From positions 32,001-96,000 of the forward strand of contig CAWKAR010000026.1 in NCBI GenBank assembly GCA_963847625.1: a stretch of DNA of 64,000 nucleotides, read 5' to 3'. A program made the translations under genes and the position numbers. This DNA comes from a candidate division FCPU426 bacterium. Lineage in GTDB: Bacteria; Oederibacteriota; Muellerivitia; Muellerivitales; Muellerivitaceae. Position 1 is the first letter of the stretch; every line of letters starts with the position of its first letter. Positions 10,826-20,900 of this stretch are shown piece by piece. The notes beneath the pieces were generated by a model. It made no database searches and was not told where the DNA came from. It worked only from the letters and a program-made list of their open reading frames with translations.

Positions 10826-11649
10826 AAGCCCTCCACCCCCAAACGGCTTCCGGTGAGCTTGAGGTACACATCCTCCAGGTTGGGCTTGCGCTTCCAAACG
10901 ACACCCGGCCGCACTTCTTCCTCTACTTCCTCGCGGGCGATATGCCTGACCACCAGCTTTTCGGGGGAATCTGTGTCGAGGATCTTGCCCAGATGCAATA
11001 TGGCCACCCGGTCGCAGAGCCTCTCGGCTTCTTCCATATAGTGGGTGCAAAGCAGGATGGCCACGCCCCGGCTTCTGGCCTCCGCCAGCACTTCCCAAAG
11101 CATGCGCCGCACGTCGGGGTCCAGCCCGGTGGTCGGCTCGTCCAACACCAGGACCCGGGGGTCGGAGATCAGGGCCCGGGCCACTTGTAAACGCCGTTTC
11201 ATCCCGCCGGAGAGGGCTTCCACGTTCTCCCGGGCTTTATCACTCAATCCGAACCTCTCCAAAAGATCCTTGGCGCGTTTCTTTCCTTCTGAGGTTGGGA
11301 TGTGGAAATAACTGGCGTGCAACACCAGCTGGTCGAATGTGCTGAAGTCGCTGTCCAGAGTTTCTTCCTGGTTACAAACTCCCAGGACCTTGCGTGCCAA
11401 CTTGGGATGGGTATGGACGTTGTGGCCTTCCACGAAGATTTCCCCGGATGTGGTGGGATAAAAACCGGAAATGCATTGGATGGTGGAGGATTTTCCCGCC
11501 CCGTTGGGTCCCAGGAGGCCGAAGCACTCCCCGGGAGCCACCTCGAAGGAAATGTCGGAAACAGCCGTCACTTCCACGCCCCCCCGGCGGGACTGGTAGC
11601 GCTTGGTCAGGTGGACGACTTGCAGGGGATTATAGGGAGTAGGTCGCAT
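10822..11649 (-). CDS. ABC exporter ATP-binding protein (NodI-like)
   Basis: GPNGAGKS, LSGGMKRR, LVLDEPTTGLDP, THYMEEAERLCDR. Confidence 0.93.
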   Translation of the reverse strand: MRPTPYNPLQVVHLTKRYQSRRGGVEVTAVSDISFEVAPGECFGLLGPNGAGKSSTIQCISGFYPTTSGEIFVEGHNVHTHPKLARKVLGVCNQEETLDSDFSTFDQLVLHASYFHIPTSEGKKRAKDLLERFGLSDKARENVEALSGGMKRRLQVARALISDPRVLVLDEPTTGLDPDVRRMLWEVLAEARSRGVAILLCTHYMEEAERLCDRVAILHLGKILDTDSPEKLVVRHIAREEVEEEVRPGVVWKRKPNLEDVYLKLTGSRLGVEGL

Positions 11650-11783
11650 GTGCCAATTTCTCGATTTTAATATTTAATATAATGTAATTGGTACTATGCC
11701 AACTTCTTAATCAAATCGGCAAACTCCGTTTGCCGCATTCAAAAATGAAAGTTGGTATGTGCCAATTTCCCGATTTTAATATT

Positions 11784-11973
11784 AGCGATTATCCCCTTTA
11801 GATAAGTAATTAAATAAGGTTAAACCGCCGATCAAATCCGATGGACGCCGATAAGTTTGAAAACGCTTTGAACTATAAGCCGATATCGGCGTCAATCGGC
11901 CGTTATCGGCGGTTAAATGGTTTGACTATCGAATCTAATTTTCTTGTTTACTTATTTCAAAGGGATATTCGCC
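11784..11973. mobile_element. 190-bp MITE-like element, copy 1
   Basis: Imperfect ~26-bp terminal inverted repeats (AGCGATTATCCCCTTTAGATAAGTAA / TTACTTATTTCAAAGGGATATTCGCC). Flanked by ATATT direct repeat (11779-11783, 11974-11978). No ORF. Confidence 0.8.
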
Positions 11974-12136
11974 ATATTTAAAGCCTTTTTTTGTGGTCTA
12001 TCCGAGTGCATCCCCTGAATCCGTGGCAAAGGACTTGGTTTTGCTTACCGCCTTACAGATAAAAGAATTCCTGATTTTATTTATCTTTGTTACCTGGATT
12101 TTGTTTAATTTGGACGGCAATGTATGTAAATATTAA

Positions 12137-12326
12137 GGCGAATATCCCTTTGAAATAAGTAAACAAGAAAATTAGATTCGATAGTCAAACCATTTAACCG
12201 CCGATAACGGCCGATTGACGCCGATATCGGCTTATAGTTCAAAGCGTTTTCAAACTTATCGGCGTCCATCGGATTTGATCGGCGGTTTAACCTTATTTAA
12301 TTACTTATCTAAAGGGGATAATCGCT
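12137..12326. mobile_element. 190-bp MITE-like element, copy 2 (reverse complement of copy 1)
   Basis: Reads as the exact reverse complement of 11784-11973. Flanked by TTAA direct repeat (12133-12136, 12327-12330). Confidence 0.8.
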
Positions 12327-12596
12327 TTAAATATTTATGTTTATAAATCCCATGAATCCCATGCATCCGTGGCTAGGTTTATTTTGGATAGGTGTGAGTT
12401 GCGAATTTGACTCTTTTTCTTTGATCTTCCATGGAAAATGAGTGCCAGTGGGGGCCGTTTTACCCCCTTTTCGTCGCTATTTCTGATGATTTTTCACCTT
12501 TTATCCCAATACCCTGTAGGATGTGTATTCCTTCCGGGGCCTTTAGTGCCCGGTTGGTGAAGTTAAATTTATAGTGAAAAGAAGAGGTTTCGTAAA

Positions 12597-12797
12597 ATGG
12601 TTCAAGGTACTGTGAAGTGGTTTAAGAACGAGAAGGGGTTTGGTTTTATCTCCCAGGACGGTGGTGAGGACGTATTCGTGCACCACTCGGCCATTCAAGG
12701 CGAGGGATACAAATCGTTGAACGAGGGGGACCGCGTGGAATTTGAGGTCACCCGAGGAGACAAGGGCCTAAAGGCCGAAAACGTCGTTAAGATCTAA
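12597..12797 (+). CDS. cspA: Cold-shock protein
   Basis: GTVKWF, KGFGFI (RNP1), DVFVHHSAI (RNP2). Confidence 0.96.
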   Translation: MVQGTVKWFKNEKGFGFISQDGGEDVFVHHSAIQGEGYKSLNEGDRVEFEVTRGDKGLKAENVVKI

Positions 12798-12819
12798 ATT
12801 CTGGTCTTTTCGAAAACCC

Positions 12820-12856
12820 AAAGCCCTGTAGTCTCAACTACAGGGCTTTTTCTTTT
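12820..12856 (+). terminator. Rho-independent terminator of the csp gene
   Basis: AAAGCCCTGTAGT-ctca-ACTACAGGGCTTT stem followed by a T-rich tail. Confidence 0.9.
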
Positions 12857-12913
12857 GGCGAAAGCCTTCCAGGAAGTTCACAATTAATTTTTCAACCGAA
12901 AGGACAAGCCTAA

Positions 12914-13195
12914 ATGTTAATCAATGAAAACGATCTGGGGAAAATAGTCCAACTGCCTGTCAAACCCGAATGGGGCTTGGGCATCATCAGCAAAATCGAG
13001 AACCGTTTCGCGCTGATCCTATTCCGCGATACTGGGGAAAAAACCGCGAAAAAATTCTACCGCGAGGAAAACAACCTGAAATTGGCCCCCAACCAGGAGC
13101 AGCCGGACCTCCACAAAAGGGCCCGGGCGAAGAACAAGAAAATCAAAGTGAAGAAAGCCCTGCCCAAAGCCGAGGCACTCGCCGGAGCCAAATAA
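12914..13195 (+). CDS. Small SH3-like protein (DUF3553-like) with basic tail
   Basis: GKIVQLPVKPEWGLGIISKI resembles the DUF3553 P.WG.G motif; AAGGA RBS. Confidence 0.6.
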   Translation: MLINENDLGKIVQLPVKPEWGLGIISKIENRFALILFRDTGEKTAKKFYREENNLKLAPNQEQPDLHKRARAKNKKIKVKKALPKAEALAGAK

Positions 13196-13281
13196 CAACA
13201 ATCCCTGAAAGTTTTAACAGCCACCATGATTCGGCCGGCCCATTCGTCCATGCTGGAAGCCGGCCCGATCGGGTGGTTTTT

Positions 13282-16263
13282 TTATTCCGATGACAGGTCC
13301 GGTACCGAGGGTCTTAAAGACACGGCTTGGGATTTCAGTTTCAAGGCGGCGGGCGAAAGTCCCTTCGAGACGGCCTTAAGCACGATTTGCCCCGCTTTCT
13401 TATCTGACTGCACAATCACCTGCGCCAGCCCCGAGAAAAGGCTCCGCTTCCAGGGCTTGGCCGGGATGACCGTCCTCACCCACCCCGCGTCGGCGTTCAG
13501 GTCTTCCCACTTCTTGCGCCGGAGAAGTTCCTTCCCCACGACCGCGAAAACGTTCTTCTCCTGGCGCAGGATGTCCTTGGAAAGCGGGTAGGCCTTTCCC
13601 CCGTCGTCCCTCATGATCTTGTCCGCGATCAAGTGTCCGTTCACGTAAACGGCCTGTCCGTCCACCAGGCTCTTGGGATACAGGATGATCTTGTCATAAT
13701 CCTCCAAATGGGGCAGGTCGAAACTCCCGCGGATCACCCGGACCGAAGGCGGTTCCTGGGACGGGAACCCCTGGTCGTCGTGCCTTCCCTGGAACAAGTC
13801 CGCCCATTTCGAGTCGTCGCAATCGAAAGCCACCTCGTCCCTTTTTCCCAACCCGCCGCCGTTGAGCATCTTGAGGCCCTGGATCTTTACCTGGGAAACC
13901 GCGTCGAAATACCGGTCCGGCTCGTGGCAGGAAGGGTCCCCATTGCCCACGCCGATGATTTTTCCCGGCCCTTCCAATGAAAAGAAAATCTCATTCCCCG
14001 CCGTCGGGATCATCCTGCCATGTTGATCCTTGGCCTCCACCGTAACCACCGAAATATCCTCACCGTCCGCCTTGATCGCGGTGCGGTCAGGGATGAGGGA
14101 GATCGCGGCGGGATCACCTGTTGTTTCTTCTTTCGCCGTAGCCGCTTCTTGCCCGCCCTTGTACCCCTTGGCCAGCAATTCCCCCGGTTCGTAGGGCACG
14201 GTCCACTCCAAATGGGAATTCACTTCCATGGTCTTTTTGCCCAGGCTCTTGCCATTAAGGAACAGCTCCACTTCCTGGCAGTTGCTGAAGGCCCATACCG
14301 TGATATCCTTCCCTTCCTTGCCCGGCCAGTTCCAATGGGGCGTCAAGAACAGTACCGGCTCGCCGGTCCACCAGGCTTTCAGGTAGTCGTAGCAGTCCTT
14401 GGCGAACCCGCAAGTGTCCAGGACGCCGTACTGGGAGGAAATCGCCGGGAACTCGAAGGGGTTCTCCTCCCCCCTGTAATCGAAACCCGTCCAGAGGAAG
14501 AGGCCCGACACGAAAGGCCGCTCCATGTAGTACTTCCAGGTCTTCTCGATGCCGCCCCCCTTGGCTTTGCGGTCGGTCGGCCCCTCATGGGCGTTGGCCT
14601 TGTCGTAATCGTAGATGCCACGGGTCTGGTGGGTGGTGCTTTCCTCGGTGGCCAAGCTGGGCTGGCGGGGATAACCGGCGTGCTGCTCATCCATGTTCCC
14701 GTGCTCGAGATAGTTGTAACCCATCAGGTCGATGACTTTCGAGATGCCGTTCCCCCATCCCCCACTCACCGCGGCCGTGACGCGCCGGGTCGGGTCCAGC
14801 CTCTTCACGAGGTCCTGCATGGGCGGGATGATCTGCTCCCCCCTCACGTTGCCTTCCACGCTCCACTCCTCGTTGCCGAGCGACCAGGCGAATACGCTGG
14901 GATGGTTGCGGTCCCGCAGGACCAGCCTCTTGAGCCTTTCCATGAGTTCGGGGCTGGTTCCCAACAGGCGGTTCTCCACCAGCACCAGCATGCCCAGCCT
15001 GTCGCAGGCGTCCAAAAGTTCCGGGGTGGGCGGGTTGTGGGAACAGCGGTAGGCGTTACAGCCGAATTCCTTCAGGCGCTTGATCCTAAATTCCTGCAGG
15101 CCGTCGGGCAAGGCGGCTCCCACCCCGGCGTGGTCCTGGTGGTTGCAGGCCCCCTTGAGTTCCACGCGCTTGCCGTTGAGGAAGAAACCCTTGTCGGGGT
15201 CGAATGTCATCGTGCGGATACCGAAGGGAGTCTCGTATCGGTCCACCACCGAATCGCCGGACTTAACGGTCGTGACGACTTTGTATAAATAGGGCGACTC
15301 CAACGACCAGAGATTGGGTTTCGGAATTTTAATTTTCAACGGAAATTCCCGGGCGGAGCCAGGCTCCAACGCGAGCCCATCCAAGCGGCCCGTGGCCACG
15401 CTTTTACCCGATGAATCCAGGACCTCCTGGTCGATCTCGAAATTTGATTTCTCGTTCCCATCATCCACCATGGTGGTCCGGGCGGTTATCTCCGCGCCAT
15501 CCTCCCCCACTTCCGAGGTGACGAATGTGCCGTTGTAATCCACGTGGAGCGGGGCCGTCTTGGTCATCCAGACATGCCGGTAGATCCCGGCGCCCTCGTA
15601 AAACCAGCCTTCCTCCATGGTCGCGTCCACCCGCACCGCCACCACGTTGTTTCCCCCGTAATTGAGGCAGTCGGTGATGTCATAGCGGAAGTTGCTGTAT
15701 CCGCTGGATTCCCGGCCCAGGTAAAAGCCGTTCACGAAGACCGTCGAATCCCGGAAGACCCCGTCGAACTCCAGGCTGATTCGCCGGCCCTTGTCGGAGG
15801 CGGGGATAAAAAAGGTTTTCCGGTACCAACCGACGCTGTTTTCCGGGAAATTCCGCCCCAGGGCCTTGTAACCGTGGCTGAAACCGCCCTTCTCATCGAA
15901 GGGCAATTCCACCGCCCAGTCATGGGGAAGGTTGAGAAGCCTCCAGGGCCGGTCGTCGAATTTCGGGTCGGCGGGGCCATCGCCGTAACCGGTTTTGGCG
16001 AAATACGAAAAATAACCCGTGGCGTGGTCGAAATCCTTCTTCGGGTCGTAGGCGTGCCCCAGCGCGAACCTCCACCCGAAGTCCATCAAAAGATGTTCTC
16101 GAAGTACACCTGCCATGAGCCCACCAGGCGAATGGCTATCTTTGGTTGTGCCAATTGAAGAATCAATTGGCAAAGGATTCTCGGCCCCTTGGATTTTTGC
16201 GTTTCCAAAGCCAAAGCAGGCCGTCGCAAGGAATAAAGTGATGAGCCAGGAGGATTTTTTCAT
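13282..16263 (-). CDS. Secreted GH2 beta-galactosidase (GalA-like)
   Basis: Signal peptide, LPHDWAVE, WFYEGAGIYRHV, GACNHQDHAGVG, RDRNHPSVFAWSLGNEE, WTGFDYRGE, GVGNGDP. Confidence 0.93.
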   Translation of the reverse strand: MKKSSWLITLFLATACFGFGNAKIQGAENPLPIDSSIGTTKDSHSPGGLMAGVLREHLLMDFGWRFALGHAYDPKKDFDHATGYFSYFAKTGYGDGPADPKFDDRPWRLLNLPHDWAVELPFDEKGGFSHGYKALGRNFPENSVGWYRKTFFIPASDKGRRISLEFDGVFRDSTVFVNGFYLGRESSGYSNFRYDITDCLNYGGNNVVAVRVDATMEEGWFYEGAGIYRHVWMTKTAPLHVDYNGTFVTSEVGEDGAEITARTTMVDDGNEKSNFEIDQEVLDSSGKSVATGRLDGLALEPGSAREFPLKIKIPKPNLWSLESPYLYKVVTTVKSGDSVVDRYETPFGIRTMTFDPDKGFFLNGKRVELKGACNHQDHAGVGAALPDGLQEFRIKRLKEFGCNAYRCSHNPPTPELLDACDRLGMLVLVENRLLGTSPELMERLKRLVLRDRNHPSVFAWSLGNEEWSVEGNVRGEQIIPPMQDLVKRLDPTRRVTAAVSGGWGNGISKVIDLMGYNYLEHGNMDEQHAGYPRQPSLATEESTTHQTRGIYDYDKANAHEGPTDRKAKGGGIEKTWKYYMERPFVSGLFLWTGFDYRGEENPFEFPAISSQYGVLDTCGFAKDCYDYLKAWWTGEPVLFLTPHWNWPGKEGKDITVWAFSNCQEVELFLNGKSLGKKTMEVNSHLEWTVPYEPGELLAKGYKGGQEAATAKEETTGDPAAISLIPDRTAIKADGEDISVVTVEAKDQHGRMIPTAGNEIFFSLEGPGKIIGVGNGDPSCHEPDRYFDAVSQVKIQGLKMLNGGGLGKRDEVAFDCDDSKWADLFQGRHDDQGFPSQEPPSVRVIRGSFDLPHLEDYDKIILYPKSLVDGQAVYVNGHLIADKIMRDDGGKAYPLSKDILRQEKNVFAVVGKELLRRKKWEDLNADAGWVRTVIPAKPWKRSLFSGLAQVIVQSDKKAGQIVLKAVSKGLSPAALKLKSQAVSLRPSVPDLSSE

Positions 16264-16284
16264 GAGTTTCCTTTTGATAAAAAA

Positions 16285-17334
16285 TTACGTTATCTTTTTA
16301 ATATTGGCAGAAGGCAATTGGTAACTTGCGGATTTTGTTTTTCCGGCTTTGGCCACCAACCCCGCTTCCACCAGCGGCTTCATCAATTTACTTAAATTGG
16401 ACCGCGAGACCTTAAGCGCCCGGGCCATATCCCCCCCCGTCATGGACGGGGAAGCCCCCAAGGTCCTTAGGATTTGCTCCTGCTGGCGGTTCAGCAATAA
16501 TCGCCTTGCCGGCGTACCAGCCTGAAGAACCTGGATTCTGCGCTGGGTCTTCCGAAGGGTATCCACCACGCCTTCCGCCACGTATTCAAGCCAGGAAGTC
16601 AGGTTATCCCCTTCCTTCCGGACCTTTTGGATCTGCCAGTAATACCTTGGCCGGTCCGTCTCAAAAAATTCATCCAACGCGAAAATATGGTGGGTATCGA
16701 AGCCTTTTCGGTAAAGTACCCAGGATTCCAAAGCGCGCGCCAAACGCCCGTTGCCGTCCATGACAGGATGGATGGATACCAACCGGTGATGGGTGACCGC
16801 CGCCACAACGAGAGCGTGTTCTTTTAGGGCTTGGCGGGATCCGATCCAAGCCAGTAGCCCCTTCGTCAAAATGGGCGCGGCCTCGGGAGGCGGGGGCCGG
16901 TAAATCACTTCCCGTCCCTTGAAAACGGCGTTTTGCGCCCTCTTGTAAACACCCGTATCCGCGGGTGGAATGGTTCCGGCCGTCAATAAGCCGTGCATCT
17001 TGAGGAGGTCCCCCTCGCGTAAAACCGTTCGCGGGCTCTTTTGCCAAATCCACCTCAAGGTCGCGAGGTAGTTCAGGACCTCCCGCTTCGCCTTGGCCTC
17101 AATTTCCAAATCCTTCCCCTCGGCGAGGGCGCGCACCTCCGGAAGGGTCAGGGGGTTCCCCTCGATCCGGGTGGAATAATGGGCCAATCGGGCAAGGGTA
17201 TCCCGCTGGATCTCCGCGATCCAGGAAACGTCCACCGATTGCTGCTGGATCCAAGTCCTTAATTCCGCCGCCAGGGTCAAACGCCGGACGAGATCGGAAG
17301 TTCTCTCGAATTTGGGGTGATAGGCTGGAATCAT
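16285..17334 (-). CDS. Fic family protein with C-terminal HTH
   Basis: HPVMDGNGRLAR Fic motif, STRIEGNPLT, C-terminal winged-HTH-like region. Confidence 0.92.
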   Translation of the reverse strand: MIPAYHPKFERTSDLVRRLTLAAELRTWIQQQSVDVSWIAEIQRDTLARLAHYSTRIEGNPLTLPEVRALAEGKDLEIEAKAKREVLNYLATLRWIWQKSPRTVLREGDLLKMHGLLTAGTIPPADTGVYKRAQNAVFKGREVIYRPPPPEAAPILTKGLLAWIGSRQALKEHALVVAAVTHHRLVSIHPVMDGNGRLARALESWVLYRKGFDTHHIFALDEFFETDRPRYYWQIQKVRKEGDNLTSWLEYVAEGVVDTLRKTQRRIQVLQAGTPARRLLLNRQQEQILRTLGASPSMTGGDMARALKVSRSNLSKLMKPLVEAGLVAKAGKTKSASYQLPSANIKKIT

Positions 17335-17340
17335 ATGGAC

Positions 17341-17369
17341 AGCTTATGGGGGGGTATTTTAATTGTCAA
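17341..17369 (-). promoter_or_regulatory. Sigma70-type promoter of the fic gene (probably leaderless)
   Basis: Minus strand TTGACA-N17-TAAGCT, 6 nt before the ATG; no SD visible. Confidence 0.6.
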
Positions 17370-17465
17370 CTAATTGTTTCCATATTTGTTTCATAGCCTG
17401 TAATTCCGTAGATGATGCGAAGCATTTCATGAGCCGGTTGATTTTTCATAAAGTTCCTAATCTCT

Positions 17466-17915
17466 TTATTCAAAATTATTTTTATATACGGGATTTCCCA
17501 GAGTATCCTTATGGGTGCAATCAATTAAAACCGCACCGGTTTTCGAATCGTAAAGCCAGTGACCCGTGTCTTTCAACTTGCTGACATCTAATTTTCCAGA
17601 AGCATTTAAAAATGGATAGTATTCCACCTGGTTGGAAGGCGGGTGGCCGTATTTTTCCAGGTGCAAGGTAGGTATGCTTTTTAAATATTTCGGCACCAAG
17701 TCTTTTTCTAAATTTCCAGGCCAAATCCCTTGGCTATCCCCATAGTAAATGCTTGCCGCCGATTTGAGCGTCCCTAGATTTCCAATTGCGGAACCTTCCC
17801 TACTTTTCTCCACCATCTGAATAAATCTCGGGGTAATAATTGTCACAATAATAACAATGAGTAATAGGAATAACAGGCTTGAACAAATTGCCCGAATACT
17901 GGGTTTAGGAATCAT
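17466..17915 (-). CDS. Pilin/pseudopilin-like protein
   Basis: N-terminal hydrophobic helix, then PRF...KSREGSAIGNLGTLKSAASIYYGD...P..L..LVPKYL, typical of GspG-like pseudopilins. Confidence 0.7.
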   Translation of the reverse strand: MIPKPSIRAICSSLLFLLLIVIIVTIITPRFIQMVEKSREGSAIGNLGTLKSAASIYYGDSQGIWPGNLEKDLVPKYLKSIPTLHLEKYGHPPSNQVEYYPFLNASGKLDVSKLKDTGHWLYDSKTGAVLIDCTHKDTLGNPVYKNNFE

Positions 17916-17986
17916 TTAACGGCTCCCCGGGTTGGGCGATTAAAAATTAGCAGGTTTGCCTAGTTTATTCATATCAGGAAACAAGA

Positions 17987-20900
17987 TTATTTTAAGAGAA
18001 GGACCCGTTTGATTTTCCGGTCATAAGGCTCGACCAGGTAGAAAATATAGATCCCGCTGGCGCATGGATCCCCGAATTTGTTCTTCCCGTCCCAATGGTA
18101 GGAAGCCGCATAAGCGCCTTCCAAATACTGTTCATCCAGGGTTTGAACATGTTCCCCCGCAGAATTGTAAATTCTCAGCGAAAAAACTCCCGGGAACTGG
18201 CAATAGGAAACAAAGATCGATACCGGCCCCAAGGCCGGGTTAAATATATTTTTTGAGACGTAATACTGGTCGCATTTCGGGAGAGGTGTGACGGTCGGCG
18301 TGTCGGTGAAGGTCCCGGTAGCTGTTTTTGCGTGCGTGATGGTGGGGGTCGGAGTGGAAGTATCGGTCCAAGTAGTCGTGGGAGTTTGGGTCTTCGTGCG
18401 CGTGGGGGTATTGGTGGGGGTTACTGTCGGGGTGGGGGTCAGGGTGTTTGTCGATGTGTCCGTGGCCGTGGAGGTTTCCGTGGGCGTGTTGGTCGGCGTG
18501 GGTGTGTTGGTGGAGGTCAAGGTCGGGGTTTCCGTCGGCGTGTCCGTGGGAGTGCTGGTATTCGTCGGCGTGTAAGTTTCTGTCGGCGTATTCGTCGGGG
18601 TCAATGTCGGGGTATCAGTCGGCGTGTTCATAGGTGTGCTGGTATTGGTAAGCGTGAAGGTCGGGATCGGACTCAGGGTGTTCGTGGGCGTGTTTGTGAA
18701 CGTATACGTGAAGATGGGAGTCCAGGTCGGGGTGGGGGTGGAGGTTAGCGTGAGGGTGTCGCTTGGCGTAGCCGAAGGCGTAGCGGTGAGGGACGCCGTA
18801 GGCGTCATCGAAGCCGTCGGAGTCGGGGTAGGAGTCGAAGTCGGCGTGGGGGTCAGTGTCCGAGTCGGAGTCCCAGTTGATGTTAAAGAAACGGTTGGAG
18901 TCGGGGAGGCTGTCGCGCTATTCGTCGGGGTGTTCGTGAGAGTGGGGGTCGGCGTTGTCGTGGACGTAATCGTGGGTGTATTCGTGGGCGATGTGGTGCC
19001 GGTCGGGCTGGGGGTCGGCGTGAGCGTGTTCGTCGGCGTATTGGTCGGCGTCGGGGTGGGGGTAATGGTAGGCGTAGGGGTTGGTGTGGCTGTGGGCGTA
19101 CGAGTCGGCGTGTTGGTCGGGGTGAGTGAGGGTGTGGTCGTCGGAGTCGGCGTTGGGGTGGAAGTCAGGGTGTTGGTCGGGGTATTCGTTGGCGTCGGCG
19201 AGGGAGTTGTCGTCGGGGTCGGCGTGGGCGTGCGCGTAGGCGTGTTAGTCGGAGTATTCGTTGGGGTGGGGGTGGGTGTCGTCGTCGGGGTGGGTGTTGG
19301 CGTGTTCGTGGGCGTGTTGGTGGGGGTGTTCGTCGGCGTTGGCGAGGGTGTCGTCGTCGGGGTCGGTGTGGGTGTACGAGTCGGCGTGTTGGTCGGTGTG
19401 TTCGTCGGCGTGGGCGAGGGTGTGATGGTGGGTGTTGGGGTTGGCGTGGGTGTGTTCGTGCGGGTGGGAGTGTTGGTCGGTGTGGCTGTGGGCGACGTGG
19501 TCCCGGTCGGGCTGGGGGTCGGCGTGAGAGTGTTCGTGGGCGTGTTGGTCGTCGTCGGCGTGGGGGTAATGGTAGGCGTGGGAGTGGGTGTGGCTGTAGG
19601 CGTTCGCGTGGGCGTATTCGTCGGGGTAGGTGAAGGTGTGGTCGTCGGGGTGGGCGTCGGCGTGTGCGTGGGCGTGTTGGTGGGGGTATTCGTCGGGGTG
19701 GGTGAAGGTGTCGTCGTCGGGGTGGGTGTTGGCGTGTTCGTGGGCGTGTTGGTGGGAGTATTTGTCGGCGTCGGCGAGGGAGTCGTCGTCAGGGTTGGCG
19801 TGGGAGTACGCGTAGGCGTCCTTGTCGGGGTATTCGTTGGGGTGGGGGTGGGTGTCGTCGTCGGGGTGGATGTTGGCGTGTTCGTGGGCGTGTTGGTTGG
19901 GGTGTTCGTCGGCGTCGGCGTGGGTGTGATCGTGGGCGTCGGTGTCGGAGTGGGTGTAGGCGTTCTTGTGGGCGTGTTGGTCGAGGTGTTCGTGGGCGAT
20001 GTGGTGCCGGTCGGGCTGGGGGTCGGCGTGAGAGTGTTCGTGGGCGTGTTGGTCGGCGTCGGGGTGGGGGTAATGGTAGGCGTAGGGGTTGGTGTGGCCG
20101 TGGGCGTCCTTGTCGGGGTATTCGTCGGTGTAGGTGAAGGTGTGGTCGTTGGAGTTGGGGTCGGGGTCCTCGTTGGGGTATTGGTCGGCGTGTTCGTCGG
20201 AGTGGGTGTGGGTGTGGTCGTCGGGGTCGGTGTGGGCGTGTTCGTGGGGGTGTTGGTTGGGGTGTTCGTCGGCGTCGGCGAGGGTGTTGTCGTCGGGGTC
20301 GGTGTGGGCGTGCGCGTGGGCGTGTTGGTCGGGGTATTCGTTGGGGTGGGCGTGGGTGTGATCGTGGGCGTCGGTGTCGAAGTGGGTGTAGGGGTTCTTG
20401 TGGGCGTGTTGGTCGGGGTGTTGGTGGGCGATGTGGTGCCGGTCGGGCTGGGAGTCGGTGTATGCGTGTTCGTCGGCGTGTTGGTCGGCGTCGAGGTGAG
20501 GGTAATGGTAGGCGTTGGGGTTGGAGTAGGAGTGGGCGTCCTTGTCGGGGTATTCGTCGGGGTGGGTGAGGGGGTCGTCGTAGGGGTGGGTGTTGGCGTG
20601 TTCGTGGGCGTGTTGGTCGGGGTATTCGTCGGCGTTGGCGAGGGAGTTGTCGTCAGGGTCGGCGTGGGAGTACGCGTAGGCGTCCTTGTCGGGGTATACG
20701 TTGGGGTGGGTGTGGGTGTCGTCGTCGGGGTGGATGTTGGCGTGTTCGTGGGCGTGTTGGTTGGGGTATTTGTCGGCGTTGGCGTGGGGGTTGTGGTTGG
20801 CGTCGGAGTCGGTGTGGGGGTCGGCGTTCTCGTGGTTGTGTTCGTCGGGGTGGGGGTGGGTGAGGTTGTCGGGGTGGGGGTGGGCGTATTCGTGGGTGAG

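Noticed and set aside
11715..11737. c-di-GMP-I riboswitch (GGCAAAC seed)
   Set aside because: The seed is part of a simple CGGCAAAC/GTTTGCCG hairpin; the GNRA-capped stem and following GCAAAG elements are absent.
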